64,000 nucleotides of DNA from Eubacteriales bacterium (GTDB taxonomy: Bacteria; Bacillota; Clostridia; Oscillospirales; CAG-272): assembly GCA_045588145.1 (NCBI GenBank), contig JAZNDS010000056.1:27448-91447 (forward strand), given 5' to 3'. A program made the position numbers and the translations under genes. Positions 1 through 8,106 of this stretch are shown one piece after another; position 1 is the stretch's first letter; the number at the start of each line of letters is the position of its first letter. The notes under the pieces were generated by a model. The model had not been told where the DNA came from. It saw only the letters and a list, made by a program, of their open reading frames with translations, and ran no database searches.

Positions 1-1
1 T

Positions 2-1660
2 GCCGATAAAAACAAGGCCATCAACTCGCACATCAACAGCAACCTTCTGAACGGCAGCCGCATTGACGGCAGCCTTTACGCGATCCCCAACAACGTTCTG
101 ATCGGTAACTACAAATACGTCATCGTCAACAAAATGCTGGTTGACAAGGTGTATATGGACCAATCGAACTTCCAGCGCTTTGAGAACGAGCACTATGTTT
201 TCGACTATAACGCGGCTTATACCTTTGCGAAAAACCTTCTTTCGGATAAGGATGCCATTCTCCGTAACATCAACGAAGCCATCGACGATCCCGCGGAAAA
301 GTATACCGATCTGTATCCGATGACCGCAAGCTTCAAGGATTTTGAGTATCCGACGGTCGCTCTTTACGATTATAACGGCATTAAGACCGTTTTCGGCACG
401 ACCTACACCTACTATAACACCTTCGGAAGCAGCGTAAAGCTTACCAACGTTCTCTCTCTTGACGCGGGTAACGATTACCGCAACTTCCTCTCCCTGAAGA
501 TCGCCGCGAAGAGCGAGGGCTTCTATCCTGCCTCGGATATCTCCGGTCAGAAGATCCTGTACGGGATCGACGTGATCGAGGCCTCGTACGCCGATGCTAA
601 GCTGTATGAGGATGATTATTATCTCTATCAGGTCGACAGCCCGCGTCTTGGCGACGACGATGCCTTCAAGGCGATGTTCGCCGTTTCCAAGTACACCGTA
701 TCGTTAGAGCGGTCGATGACCATCATCGAGGATCTCATTTGTAACGAGGACGCGCTTCTTCGCAACATTCTGCAGTACGGCGCCCCCAACCGTCATTTCC
801 TTCTTAATGAAGGAGAGGTTTATACGGTAAACCGCACGAGAAACTGCGACTACTATATGAACTACAATTATACGGGCAACGTTGCCACCCTCTATCCGTG
901 TCTTGACGATGGGATGACCACCTCGTTCAAGGAGCAGTTCCGTCACCAGAACGAAAACGCGACCCGTAACCCGATCTACGGTCTTACCAGTGAATATCTC
1001 TGGGAAAATACCCGCAATGGTATGATCGCTCTGGCCTTGAGTAAGAGTATGTCCGCAGAGATCACCCATGATATCTATGCGATAACCTCCGCGAACGACT
1101 GTCCGAATATGCTGCAGACCCTTATCGATAATGGGGATATCAACAGCAGTGATACGAACGAGCAGAAGCTGCAGAAGCTGCAGTCGAGCTTGATCGCGGG
1201 GCTCCCGAGATCCGCGTCCGAGGCCTTCTACAAGGAATATTGGACCAACATTCTTTGCGACGTTCATCCGACGGTGCCGATGGCCCCCGAAAAGCTTGAG
1301 CAGCTTGAGGCTGATGAAGAGTATCAGGCCAAGAGAAGAGAAGTGACCGCTAAAGTGAATGCGGCGGCCGTTTCCCTCCGCTTCCAGGTGATCGACCTTT
1401 GCGACCTGTATATCGCGGAAACCGTCGAGCTTGCTTCCTATTATATGAATCTTGCGGAAAGCGCCGAGACCCGTGAGGAGTTTGAGGCGATCTGTAACGA
1501 GCTTAACACCGCTTGTACGAACCGTACCAACGATAAGTACAAATTCTTCAACGGTACCAATGAGGAAGACCCCTACGGTATGCTTGTTGAAAGAATTTCG
1601 GGTGAGCCCTGCGAGTCTACGCTGGCGGGTGTCTTCTATCTCTGGTGGTTCAATAAGTAA
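2..1660 (+). CDS. C-terminal ~550 aa of a large uncharacterised, probably secreted solute-binding-like protein; the 5' end lies outside the window
   Basis: Frame 2 is open from the window edge (ADKNKAINSHINSNLLNGSRIDGSLYAIPNN...) into listed ORF 134..1660. The DGxLYAIPNN motif resembles extracellular solute-binding lipoproteins. A strong terminator follows. Confidence 0.55.
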   Translation, partial: ADKNKAINSHINSNLLNGSRIDGSLYAIPNNVLIGNYKYVIVNKMLVDKVYMDQSNFQRFENEHYVFDYNAAYTFAKNLLSDKDAILRNINEAIDDPAEKYTDLYPMTASFKDFEYPTVALYDYNGIKTVFGTTYTYYNTFGSSVKLTNVLSLDAGNDYRNFLSLKIAAKSEGFYPASDISGQKILYGIDVIEASYADAKLYEDDYYLYQVDSPRLGDDDAFKAMFAVSKYTVSLERSMTIIEDLICNEDALLRNILQYGAPNRHFLLNEGEVYTVNRTRNCDYYMNYNYTGNVATLYPCLDDGMTTSFKEQFRHQNENATRNPIYGLTSEYLWENTRNGMIALALSKSMSAEITHDIYAITSANDCPNMLQTLIDNGDINSSDTNEQKLQKLQSSLIAGLPRSASEAFYKEYWTNILCDVHPTVPMAPEKLEQLEADEEYQAKRREVTAKVNAAAVSLRFQVIDLCDLYIAETVELASYYMNLAESAETREEFEAICNELNTACTNRTNDKYKFFNGTNEEDPYGMLVERISGEPCESTLAGVFYLWWFNK

Positions 1661-1670
1661 ATAAGAAAAA

Positions 1671-1698
1671 GGCGAGTTGCTTACAATTCGCCTTTTTT
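1671..1698 (+). terminator. Intrinsic terminator of the upstream CDS
   Basis: GGCGAGTTG-ctta-CAATTCGCC (one mismatch) followed by TTTTTT. Confidence 0.75.
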
Positions 1699-1789
1699 AT
1701 TCGTGTTCCCGCGTGAAAAAAGAAAAAACGGCTATAAAAAAGATATTTTACCTTTTTAATCGATGGATTTGAACCCGCGCGTACTCAAT

Positions 1790-1954
1790 CACGGCGGAGC
1801 CGTGCATGGAATCCGTAACTTGTTGCGGTATGGAATTGATTGCAAAGCAATCGTATGGAATCAAGCCGCAGAGAAATGCACCTTTGGTGATGCCATACGC
1901 CTACGGCGATACCATACACGCTAACGCGTGATTCCATACCAAGCCTGCGGCTTG
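1790..1954. repeat. Array of six GTATGGNATC 10-mers (3 forward, 3 inverted) alternating with seven short unrelated hairpins; candidate structured ncRNA or protein-binding array
   Basis: Motifs at 1805, 1828, 1853 (forward) and 1889, 1908, 1930 (inverted). The hairpins between them are listed in the findings. No ORF or RBS. Confidence 0.6.
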
Positions 1955-1990
1955 AATAAAAAACGACAAATTTCTGTCGAAATTTGTCGT
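1955..1990 (-). terminator. Terminator of the tRNA-Gly/tRNA-Arg transcription unit (bidirectional shape)
   Basis: Perfect 12-bp stem ACGACAAATTTC-tgtc-GAAATTTGTCGT, followed on the minus strand by TTTTTATT. Confidence 0.8.
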
Positions 1991-1994
1991 ATTT

Positions 1995-2070
1995 TGGCGC
2001 GCCTGATAGGATTCGAACCTATGACCTACCGGTTCGTAGCCGGGCACTCTATCCACTGAGCTACAGGCGC
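1995..2070 (-). tRNA. tRNA-Arg (anticodon ACG)
   Basis: 76-nt cloverleaf: acceptor GCGCCTG/CAGGCGC, anticodon loop CT-ACG-AA, T-arm ATAGG-TTCGAAT-CCTAT, encoded CCA. Confidence 0.93.
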
Positions 2071-2076
2071 ATATAT

Positions 2077-2150
2077 TGGAGCGGGTGATGGGAATCGAAC
2101 CCACACGACCAGCTTGGAAGGCTGGGATTCTACCATTGAACTACACCCGC
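2077..2150 (-). tRNA. tRNA-Gly (anticodon UCC)
   Basis: 74 nt: acceptor GCGGGTG/CACCCGC, anticodon loop CT-TCC-AA, T-loop TTCGATT, encoded CCA. Confidence 0.93.
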
Positions 2151-2168
2151 ACATCCGCGCGCCTTATT

Positions 2169-2197
2169 ATAGTAACACAAAAGAATGGCTTTGTCAA
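2169..2197 (-). promoter_or_regulatory. Sigma-A type promoter of the tRNA-Gly/Arg unit
   Basis: Minus strand TTGACA-17 nt-TACTAT, about 20 nt upstream of the tRNA-Gly 5' end. Confidence 0.65.
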
Positions 2198-2238
2198 GAG
2201 ATAGAACGAAATTTCTTTTAAAAAAATCGGTTTTTTTC

Positions 2239-2267
2239 TTGATATAGCCTCGTTTCTGTGTTAAAAT
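2239..2267 (+). promoter_or_regulatory. Sigma-A type promoter for the 2307 gene
   Basis: TTGATA-17 nt-TAAAAT, 40 nt upstream of the start codon. Confidence 0.5.
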
Positions 2268-2306
2268 GAAATCAATTAACAATCTATATCTATAAAGGAA
2301 GAAAAA

Positions 2307-3170
2307 ATGAACAAGAAACCTCTTTTCGGGCCGGGAGGAAACAGCGTTTCCTTTGCGGCGGCAGGGCATAAATCAACGGTAGAGGCCCCCGCCTGGCTGG
2401 CAGAGATCGGCCTCGATGCTTATGAATACGAGGCAGGGAACGGATTGACCGCCGGGGACGCGACGCTTGCCAAAATCGGGGAGGAAGCAAAACGAAACGG
2501 CATCGCGATGTCCTTTCATACGCCGTATTTCATTTCGCTTTCGGGGATCGAGCTTGAGAAAAGGCTGAAAAGCATTGAATATATTCGCACCTCCTTGCAC
2601 GCGGCCGAATTGCTGGGTGCCTCCACGATCGTTGTCCACACGGGGAGTGCTGCCAAGATCACCAGGGAAGAGGCGATGCGCTTTTGTGCCGACACCTTGT
2701 ATAAGGCCCTTGAAGCACTTCCCGATAACGGGGTAAAGATCGGCCTTGAAACCATGGGAAAGGTCAATCAGCTGGGCACCTTGGATGAGGTCATCACGCT
2801 TTGCGGTCTTTCGTCGCGCCTTGCCCCGGTCGTTGATTTCGGGCATCTTAACGCGCGTGAATGCGGAAACGGCGGCTTTAAGACGAAGGACGATTATATG
2901 CGTGTTTTCGACGCGATCGCCTGCGGCCTTGGCGATAGCTATGCCTTGGATCTACATTGTCATTTTTCCAAGATCGAATATACGGGGGCGGGTGAGAAGA
3001 AGCACCTTACCTTTGAGGACGCGGTTTTTGGTCCCGCTTATGAGCCTTTAATGGAAGCGATCGCTTCGCTTCGGGTCAATCCCACGATCATTTGCGAATC
3101 GGCGGGAACGATGTCAGACGATGCGCTTGCCATGAAGGCCTATTATCAGAAGATTACGGAGGGATTATGA
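2307..3170 (+). CDS. Xylose-isomerase-like TIM-barrel protein (AP endonuclease family 2 / endonuclease IV-like)
   Basis: 287 aa. Alternating hydrophobic strand/helix pattern, with HTPY, VVHTGS and DFGH motifs typical of the family. RBS AAGGAAG precedes the ATG. Confidence 0.5.
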   Translation: MNKKPLFGPGGNSVSFAAAGHKSTVEAPAWLAEIGLDAYEYEAGNGLTAGDATLAKIGEEAKRNGIAMSFHTPYFISLSGIELEKRLKSIEYIRTSLHAAELLGASTIVVHTGSAAKITREEAMRFCADTLYKALEALPDNGVKIGLETMGKVNQLGTLDEVITLCGLSSRLAPVVDFGHLNARECGNGGFKTKDDYMRVFDAIACGLGDSYALDLHCHFSKIEYTGAGEKKHLTFEDAVFGPAYEPLMEAIASLRVNPTIICESAGTMSDDALAMKAYYQKITEGL

Positions 3171-4228
3171 ATCACATAAGATCCTTGCAGGCTATTCTCC
3201 CCGCGATCGGGGCGGAGGCGATGCTGCTTTCCTCGTGGCAGAGCTGCTTTTATGCCGTTCCCTTCAGCTTTGAGGACGGATACGTGCTGATCCTTCCCGA
3301 TAAGGCCTATCTTGTAACCGATTTCCGATATCAGGAGGCGGCGACGGCTGCGGTCGGTGACTGTGTTACCGTCGTTTCCCCTTCGTCCATGAAAGAATTC
3401 ATTGCCGACACGCTTCGGGATGCTGGCATCACCCGCTTGGGCTACGAGGACCGCATGCTTTCCTGCTTTGATAAAGCTTCTTTTTTTGAGGGGCTTTCGG
3501 TCGAGGCCGTTCCGATCGGGCAAAGGATCGAAGCGCTTCGCGCGGTTAAGGATGCGGATGAGATCGAGGCGATCCGCCGCGCGCAGGCGATAACCGATCT
3601 TGCTTTTTCCCATATCCTGAAGGCCCTGACCCCTTCTATGACCGAAATCGAGGTCGCGCTGGAGCTTGAGTTCTTCATGCGGAAAAACGGAGCCAAGACC
3701 GCCTCCTTCCCGATCGTTGCCGTATCGGGATCGGCCAGCGCGTTGCCACACGGCGTTTGCCGCGATAAGCCGCTCGAAAGAGGCTTTCTGACGATGGATT
3801 TTGGTGCGGTCGTTAACGGATATTGCTCGGATATGACGCGTACGGTTTTGATCGGGCGGGCAAGCGAAGAGGAAAAAAGAATCTACAAGACCGTCCTTGA
3901 TGCCCAGAAGGAGGGGCTTGGGGCGATCCGTGCGGGGGTCCCGTGCCGAAAGGTTGACGGTGCCGCGCGCAGCCTGATTGACGGCGCGGGATACCGCGGC
4001 TGCTTTGGGCACGGCTTCGGGCACGGCGTGGGGCTTGATATTCACGAAAGCCCGCGCGTTTCCTACCGCTCGGACGAAATTCTTGCCGAGGGAAACATCA
4101 TTACGGCAGAGCCCGGGATCTACGTGTACGGTGCCTGCGGATGCCGTATCGAGGACATGGGCTGCGTCACTTCGGGCGGTTTTATGAATTTTACCGCTTC
4201 CACGAAGGAACTGATAGAAATTTTTTAA
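3167..4228 (+). CDS. pepP: Xaa-Pro aminopeptidase/dipeptidase (M24B family)
   Basis: HGFGHGVGLDIHESP and the EPGIY...RIED metal-ligand motifs. I placed the start at the ATG in GGAGGGATTATGA, overlapping the upstream stop. pepP-efp synteny is conserved. Confidence 0.85.
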   Translation: MNHIRSLQAILPAIGAEAMLLSSWQSCFYAVPFSFEDGYVLILPDKAYLVTDFRYQEAATAAVGDCVTVVSPSSMKEFIADTLRDAGITRLGYEDRMLSCFDKASFFEGLSVEAVPIGQRIEALRAVKDADEIEAIRRAQAITDLAFSHILKALTPSMTEIEVALELEFFMRKNGAKTASFPIVAVSGSASALPHGVCRDKPLERGFLTMDFGAVVNGYCSDMTRTVLIGRASEEEKRIYKTVLDAQKEGLGAIRAGVPCRKVDGAARSLIDGAGYRGCFGHGFGHGVGLDIHESPRVSYRSDEILAEGNIITAEPGIYVYGACGCRIEDMGCVTSGGFMNFTASTKELIEIF

Positions 4229-4246
4229 CTTTTTGCGGTTTTACTA

Positions 4247-4275
4247 TTGCAAAAATTCCCAAAATAAGGTACAAT
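4247..4275 (+). promoter_or_regulatory. Sigma-A promoter of efp
   Basis: TTGCAA-17 nt-TACAAT. It leaves a ~100-nt leader. Confidence 0.6.
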
Positions 4276-4382
4276 AATACTGTATATAAACCGTAGTATA
4301 CGGTCGGAGGAGCCATTGCGTCAGCGGAACGATGGGCCAACTCTTTCAACAATAATGCTTACCGCTGAGAGATAGGTGTAAA

Positions 4383-4946
4383 ATGGAAGTTGTAATTGCA
4401 GGCGATTTTAAAAACGGCGTTACCTTTGAGATGGACGGCAAGGTCGTTCAGGTTATCGAATTCCAGCACGTTAAGCCCGGTAAGGGTGCTGCCTTCGTTC
4501 GTACCAAGCTGAAGGATGTTATCAACGGGGCCGTTATCGAAAAGACCTTTAACCCCACCGATAAATTTGAGGGCGCTTATATTGAGCGTAAGGATATGGA
4601 ATATCTTTACAACGACGGCGATCTTTATTATTTCATGGATCCCGAAACCTACGAGCAGATGCCCCTCAACTCCGAAAAGCTCGGCGATAACTTCAAATTT
4701 GTAAAGGAGAACACCACCTGCAAGATCGTTTCCTATAAGGGCAATGTCTTCAGCGTTGAGCCTCCCGTATTCGTAACGCTTGAGGTCACGGAAACCGAGC
4801 CCGGCGTCCGCGGCGATACCGCTACCAACGTAACCAAGGCCGCTACGCTTGAGACCGGCGCCATCGTTCGTGTTCCGATCTTTATCAACACCGGCGATAT
4901 GATCCGTATCGACACCCGTGTCGGCGAATATCTTGAAAGAGCATAA
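4383..4946 (+). CDS. efp: Elongation factor P
   Basis: 187 aa. [18 protein letters not shown] contains the conserved modified-Lys loop. The length and three-domain pattern are typical. Confidence 0.95.
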   Translation: MEVVIAGDFKNGVTFEMDGKVVQVIEFQHVKPGKGAAFVRTKLKDVINGAVIEKTFNPTDKFEGAYIERKDMEYLYNDGDLYYFMDPETYEQMPLNSEKLGDNFKFVKENTTCKIVSYKGNVFSVEPPVFVTLEVTETEPGVRGDTATNVTKAATLETGAIVRVPIFINTGDMIRIDTRVGEYLERA

Positions 4947-4994
4947 GCCGCTTTAAAACCCCTTTTCCCATCTTATCGAAAGGAAGTTTTTAAC

Positions 4995-5432
4995 ATGGAT
5001 ATTTGTGAAAAAGCCGCGTACCTTAAGGGGCTTTATGAGGGCTTCGGTCTTGGGACCGCCACCCCCGAGGGAAAGCTTCTGTCCGAGCTTATCGGTCTTG
5101 TTTCCGAAATGAGCGAGACCATCAATAACCTGGAGGTCGAATGCAAGGAGCTTCGTGATTATTGCGAAGAGCTGGACGAGGATCTCGGCGATCTTGAGGA
5201 GCTTCTTTACGAAGAAGAGCTTGACGAGGACGACGAATACGAGGACGACGAGGAATTCGAGGCCGATTCGTATTACGAGGTGACCTGTCCCGCTTGCGGT
5301 GAGGTCGTTTGCTTCAGCGAGGACGTTGATCCTGCCGAGCTTGTGTGCCCTGCCTGCGGCGAGAAGTTTGACGCTACCTGCGACCCCGACAATTGCGAGG
5401 CCTGCGGGAAGGATTGCGCCAACAAGGAATAA
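4995..5432 (+). CDS. Small acidic protein with a C-terminal double CxxC zinc ribbon (CD1247 N-terminal-domain-like)
   Basis: 145 aa. N-terminal helical domain, a D/E-rich linker, then CPACG...CPACG plus a CxxCxxxC tail. Confidence 0.6.
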   Translation: MDICEKAAYLKGLYEGFGLGTATPEGKLLSELIGLVSEMSETINNLEVECKELRDYCEELDEDLGDLEELLYEEELDEDDEYEDDEEFEADSYYEVTCPACGEVVCFSEDVDPAELVCPACGEKFDATCDPDNCEACGKDCANKE

Positions 5433-5446
5433 TATACAAAGAAAAA

Positions 5447-5478
5447 CGGTATAAGCTTTTGCTTATACCGTTTTTTTT
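5447..5478. terminator. Bidirectional intrinsic terminator
   Basis: CGGTATAAGC-tttt-GCTTATACCG flanked by an A-tract and TTTTTTTT. It sits between convergent genes. Confidence 0.85.
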
Positions 5479-6259
5479 ATTTCAGATTTTGTCGCAGGAT
5501 CTCATAGCCGAAGATCGTAGCGGCGGATGCGGCGGAAAGGGCCGCGTTGAAGGGGCGCCCATAAGGGATCTTTACCGTGAAGTCGATCTCCTTGGCCAGG
5601 GAAGCGGAAATTCCTCTTTTTTCTCCGCCGATCACCAAAAAGATCGGTTTTTTCAGGTCGGCATCCGGCAGGGAAAGAGTGGTATCGGCATCGGCCGCCA
5701 CGATCTTGTAGCCGTGCTTGCGGAAATAGGAGGCCGCAGCCGTCGGCTCGGCAGAGAAGAGCGATAGCTCCTCCGAGGCCCCCGCGGAGGCCCTTGCCAC
5801 CACCCCGGCGGCGTTCATCCAGTTTCGCTTGGGAAGAACGATGCCGTCTACCCCTACCGCGTACAGAGAGCGCAGGGCGTATCCAAAGTTATAAGGATCC
5901 TCGATCCCCTCGATCATGCAGTAAAATCCGTTAGGAAGGGGAGAAGGAAGCGCCGTAAGCTCGGGGATATCTCTTTCGGTGCAAAAGGCCACGAGCCCTC
6001 CGTGCGTGTTTCCGACCGTAAGGGCGTTGATCTCATCCTCCGGCGCGGGAAGAAGGGAAAAGCCGTATTCCTCGGCACGGTGACGCAGATACGCAACCTC
6101 TTTTCCGATCTTCTTCAGTCGCTCTTCGGCGTAGAGGATCTTTACGATCCTGCGGTTGTTGCGGGGGGAATTGGCCACCATGGCGGAAAGCAGGGAACGG
6201 ATCGAGGTCATCCCCTCAAAAACGCTTGCGGTTGAAAATTTTTCTGCTTCTTTATGCAT
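5477..6259 (-). CDS. TrmH/SpoU-family RNA 2'-O-methyltransferase (RlmB-like)
   Basis: C-terminal SPOUT motifs (IEDPYNFGYALRS, LVIGGEKRGIS, IPYGRPFNAALSAASAATI). I trimmed the listed 330-aa ORF to MHKEAE at 6259, which has a GAAAGG RBS. Confidence 0.8.
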   Translation of the reverse strand: MHKEAEKFSTASVFEGMTSIRSLLSAMVANSPRNNRRIVKILYAEERLKKIGKEVAYLRHRAEEYGFSLLPAPEDEINALTVGNTHGGLVAFCTERDIPELTALPSPLPNGFYCMIEGIEDPYNFGYALRSLYAVGVDGIVLPKRNWMNAAGVVARASAGASEELSLFSAEPTAAASYFRKHGYKIVAADADTTLSLPDADLKKPIFLVIGGEKRGISASLAKEIDFTVKIPYGRPFNAALSAASAATIFGYEILRQNLK

Positions 6260-6320
6260 GATGGTCGTTGGCCTTTCATAGGATGTAATAACGGAAATTC
6301 CGTAGGGAGGCAGTAAGGAT

Positions 6321-6584
6321 ATGCTATATCGCGAACAAAGAGAACGCTGTGAGGTTTTAGCGGAATACTTGATCGAAAACAAAGCCACGGTGCGAAGTGC
6401 GGCACAGCATTTCAATATCAGCAAAAGCACGGTACATAAGGATCTTACGATGCATTTACCCGTCATCAACCCGATTTTGTATCAGATGGCCAAAAAGGTG
6501 TTGGAGATCAATAAATCGGAACGGCATCTGCGGGGCGGGGAAGCTACACGCATCAAATACCTGCAAAAGAAGAAGGATGCGTAA
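6321..6584 (+). CDS. spoIIID: Stage III sporulation protein D (mother-cell transcription factor)
   Basis: 87 aa. The runs KATVRSAAQHFNISKSTVHKDL and ERHLRGGEATRIKY match the SpoIIID HTH and basic C-terminus. Confidence 0.9.
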   Translation: MLYREQRERCEVLAEYLIENKATVRSAAQHFNISKSTVHKDLTMHLPVINPILYQMAKKVLEINKSERHLRGGEATRIKYLQKKKDA

Positions 6585-6592
6585 GCGGCCTT

Positions 6593-7297
6593 CTATTGCG
6601 GATGAAAAAGAAGATGCGTCCGCCGGGCCAGGGCAAGGAGCGTGCGCTTGGATATTCCTTCGGGAAGCGGCTCGGGAAAGAGAAGAGGCGGACGGCTTTT
6701 TGCGTTATGCCCGTTTGAGCCGAGAAGGATCTCCTTTCCTTCGCTTATCTTGCGGAAAAGAAGGAAGGCAAAACGACTGTCAGAGAGTGCGTGCGCGCTG
6801 ACCTGGAACAGGGAAGAGGGAAGCGAAAGCAAGCGGTCGAACTCCTTTTCGCTATAGAAGAGGTACGGTCTTTCTATATGGCATAGCAGCGGCCGCAGCT
6901 TTCTTTTTTGAATAAGAAAGGCCAATTCCTTCATAATATCGGGGGTGAGCCTATCCGAAATTGGAAGCGATAAAGGGAGAATATTCGTTTTGGGAATGCA
7001 CAAAGAGGGAAGGGACGGCAGCGATGAGAGTCCGCTCGTCAAAACGGCTTCTGCCGAAAGATAAAACCCGAAATGATGCGCTTTTTCGCCTAAAATCTCC
7101 TTTAATTTTGCATAGGACAAGCGCCTTTTGATGAGAAAAGCGTCTATCGTTTCGCGGTCCGCATCAAAACGCGGGGTAAGGACCGCCGCGCGGACCCCAT
7201 TGGCATAAAGAAGATCGAACATTCGCTCAGATTCCCATGGGCGGGCAGGGCCGTTATCCATACCGGGCAGTAAATGAAGGTGTATATCGGTAAACAT
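6593..7297 (-). CDS. CpsB/YwqE-like PHP-domain protein (tyrosine-phosphatase fold, possibly degenerate)
   Basis: It starts MFTDIHLHLLPGMDNGP and has CHIERPY and GSNGHNAKSRPP, which correspond to CpsB motifs. Some metal ligands are substituted (see findings). Confidence 0.6.
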   Translation of the reverse strand: MFTDIHLHLLPGMDNGPARPWESERMFDLLYANGVRAAVLTPRFDADRETIDAFLIKRRLSYAKLKEILGEKAHHFGFYLSAEAVLTSGLSSLPSLPSLCIPKTNILPLSLPISDRLTPDIMKELAFLIQKRKLRPLLCHIERPYLFYSEKEFDRLLSLPSSLFQVSAHALSDSRFAFLLFRKISEGKEILLGSNGHNAKSRPPLLFPEPLPEGISKRTLLALARRTHLLFHPQ

Positions 7298-7447
7298 GGC
7301 AGAGGTCCTTATGATTTTCTTCTTTTATAATCATAACAAAAAAATCCATTAAATGCAAGGGAAGCCCCTTAAATTCCTTTTTTCTTTTTTGGGGTGAGTA
7401 AAAGCATGGGTTCCCCTCGTCTTATTAGCCCCAAAAATTATATCCAT

Positions 7448-7479
7448 AAAATTATACAAAATTAAAATTTTGTATAATT
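7448..7479. promoter_or_regulatory. 32-bp near-perfect palindrome (candidate operator or divergent promoter core)
   Basis: AAATTATACAAAATT-aa-AATTTTGTATAATTT. Each arm carries TATAAT on one strand. Confidence 0.45.
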
Positions 7480-7638
7480 TAGGGAAGCGAAAAAGGGGTT
7501 TTTGAGCCGCATGAAGCCTTTTCGCTGCCATTTTTCAAAAAACAGAAAAAAATATGCTTTTCGTATTTTCTTTTTTTGAAATCTATGATATAATGAATAC
7601 AAATAAAGGCATTGCCAAGAATACGGAGGAATTTGATC

Positions 7639-8070
7639 ATGAAATTGAAACTGCGCTCCCTGACCGCTACGAATAAAGGAAAGCTTCTGGCCCTTGCTTC
7701 CGCGGTCGCTTCCGAATACGCCATTCAGCACGCAGCGGACGTCATTCCGCCTGCTTACCCCTGCGATAACGAGCGGCTCGTCGTTATCTTCTTTACGGCC
7801 GGCAACAGCTATCAGCAGGCCTTCGAGATCTTCTGCAAGAATCTGAAGAAGGATAACGCCCAGCACGTTGCGCTCGTTGTAGACGGTACGCCCGAAAAGG
7901 CCGCCCCGGTTATCGAGTGGATCCGCAGCGCCGGCTGCCATTTCCATGAAAACATTCTTTACGTCAACGGTGGGCTCCCCTTTAAGTTTATGAAGAAATA
8001 CACCGAGGATGAAAAGAAGCAGGTATTCGATTGGATCGACGCCACGATCGAAGCTATCAAAAAGGCTTAA
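7639..8070 (+). CDS. Hypothetical protein (possible flavodoxin-like fold)
   Basis: 143 aa from the ATG preceded by GGAGGA. No motif recognised. The antisense ORF 7462..7947 looks spurious. Confidence 0.55.
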   Translation: MKLKLRSLTATNKGKLLALASAVASEYAIQHAADVIPPAYPCDNERLVVIFFTAGNSYQQAFEIFCKNLKKDNAQHVALVVDGTPEKAAPVIEWIRSAGCHFHENILYVNGGLPFKFMKKYTEDEKKQVFDWIDATIEAIKKA

Positions 8071-8074
8071 TAGG

Positions 8075-8106
8075 AAAAAGAAGCTGTCAAAGACAGCTTC
8101 TTTTCT
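8075..8106. terminator. Bidirectional intrinsic terminator
   Basis: GAAGCTGTC-aaa-GACAGCTTC with an A-tract upstream and a T-tract downstream, between convergent genes. Confidence 0.8.

Noticed and set aside
1758-1785. T-arm-like sequence (minus strand GCGCGGGTTCAAATCCATCGA) suggesting a further tRNA, a tmRNA 3' end or an integration scar
   Set aside because: The T-stem does not pair (GCGGG versus CCATC). I could build no acceptor or anticodon arm. No integrase or direct repeat of a tRNA 3' end is nearby. It may at most be an ancient fragment.
1901-2104. 67-aa ORF overlapping tRNA-Arg and tRNA-Gly
   Set aside because: It lies entirely antisense or coincident with tRNA genes and the terminator. 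This is a typical spurious tRNA-shadow ORF.
6241-6320. SigE-type promoter for spoIIID (ATGCAT-17 nt-CATAGGAT) overlapping the 5' end of the divergent methyltransferase gene
   Set aside because: It is only a loose match to the -35/-10 consensus, and I cannot score it without a matrix. I did not list it as a feature.
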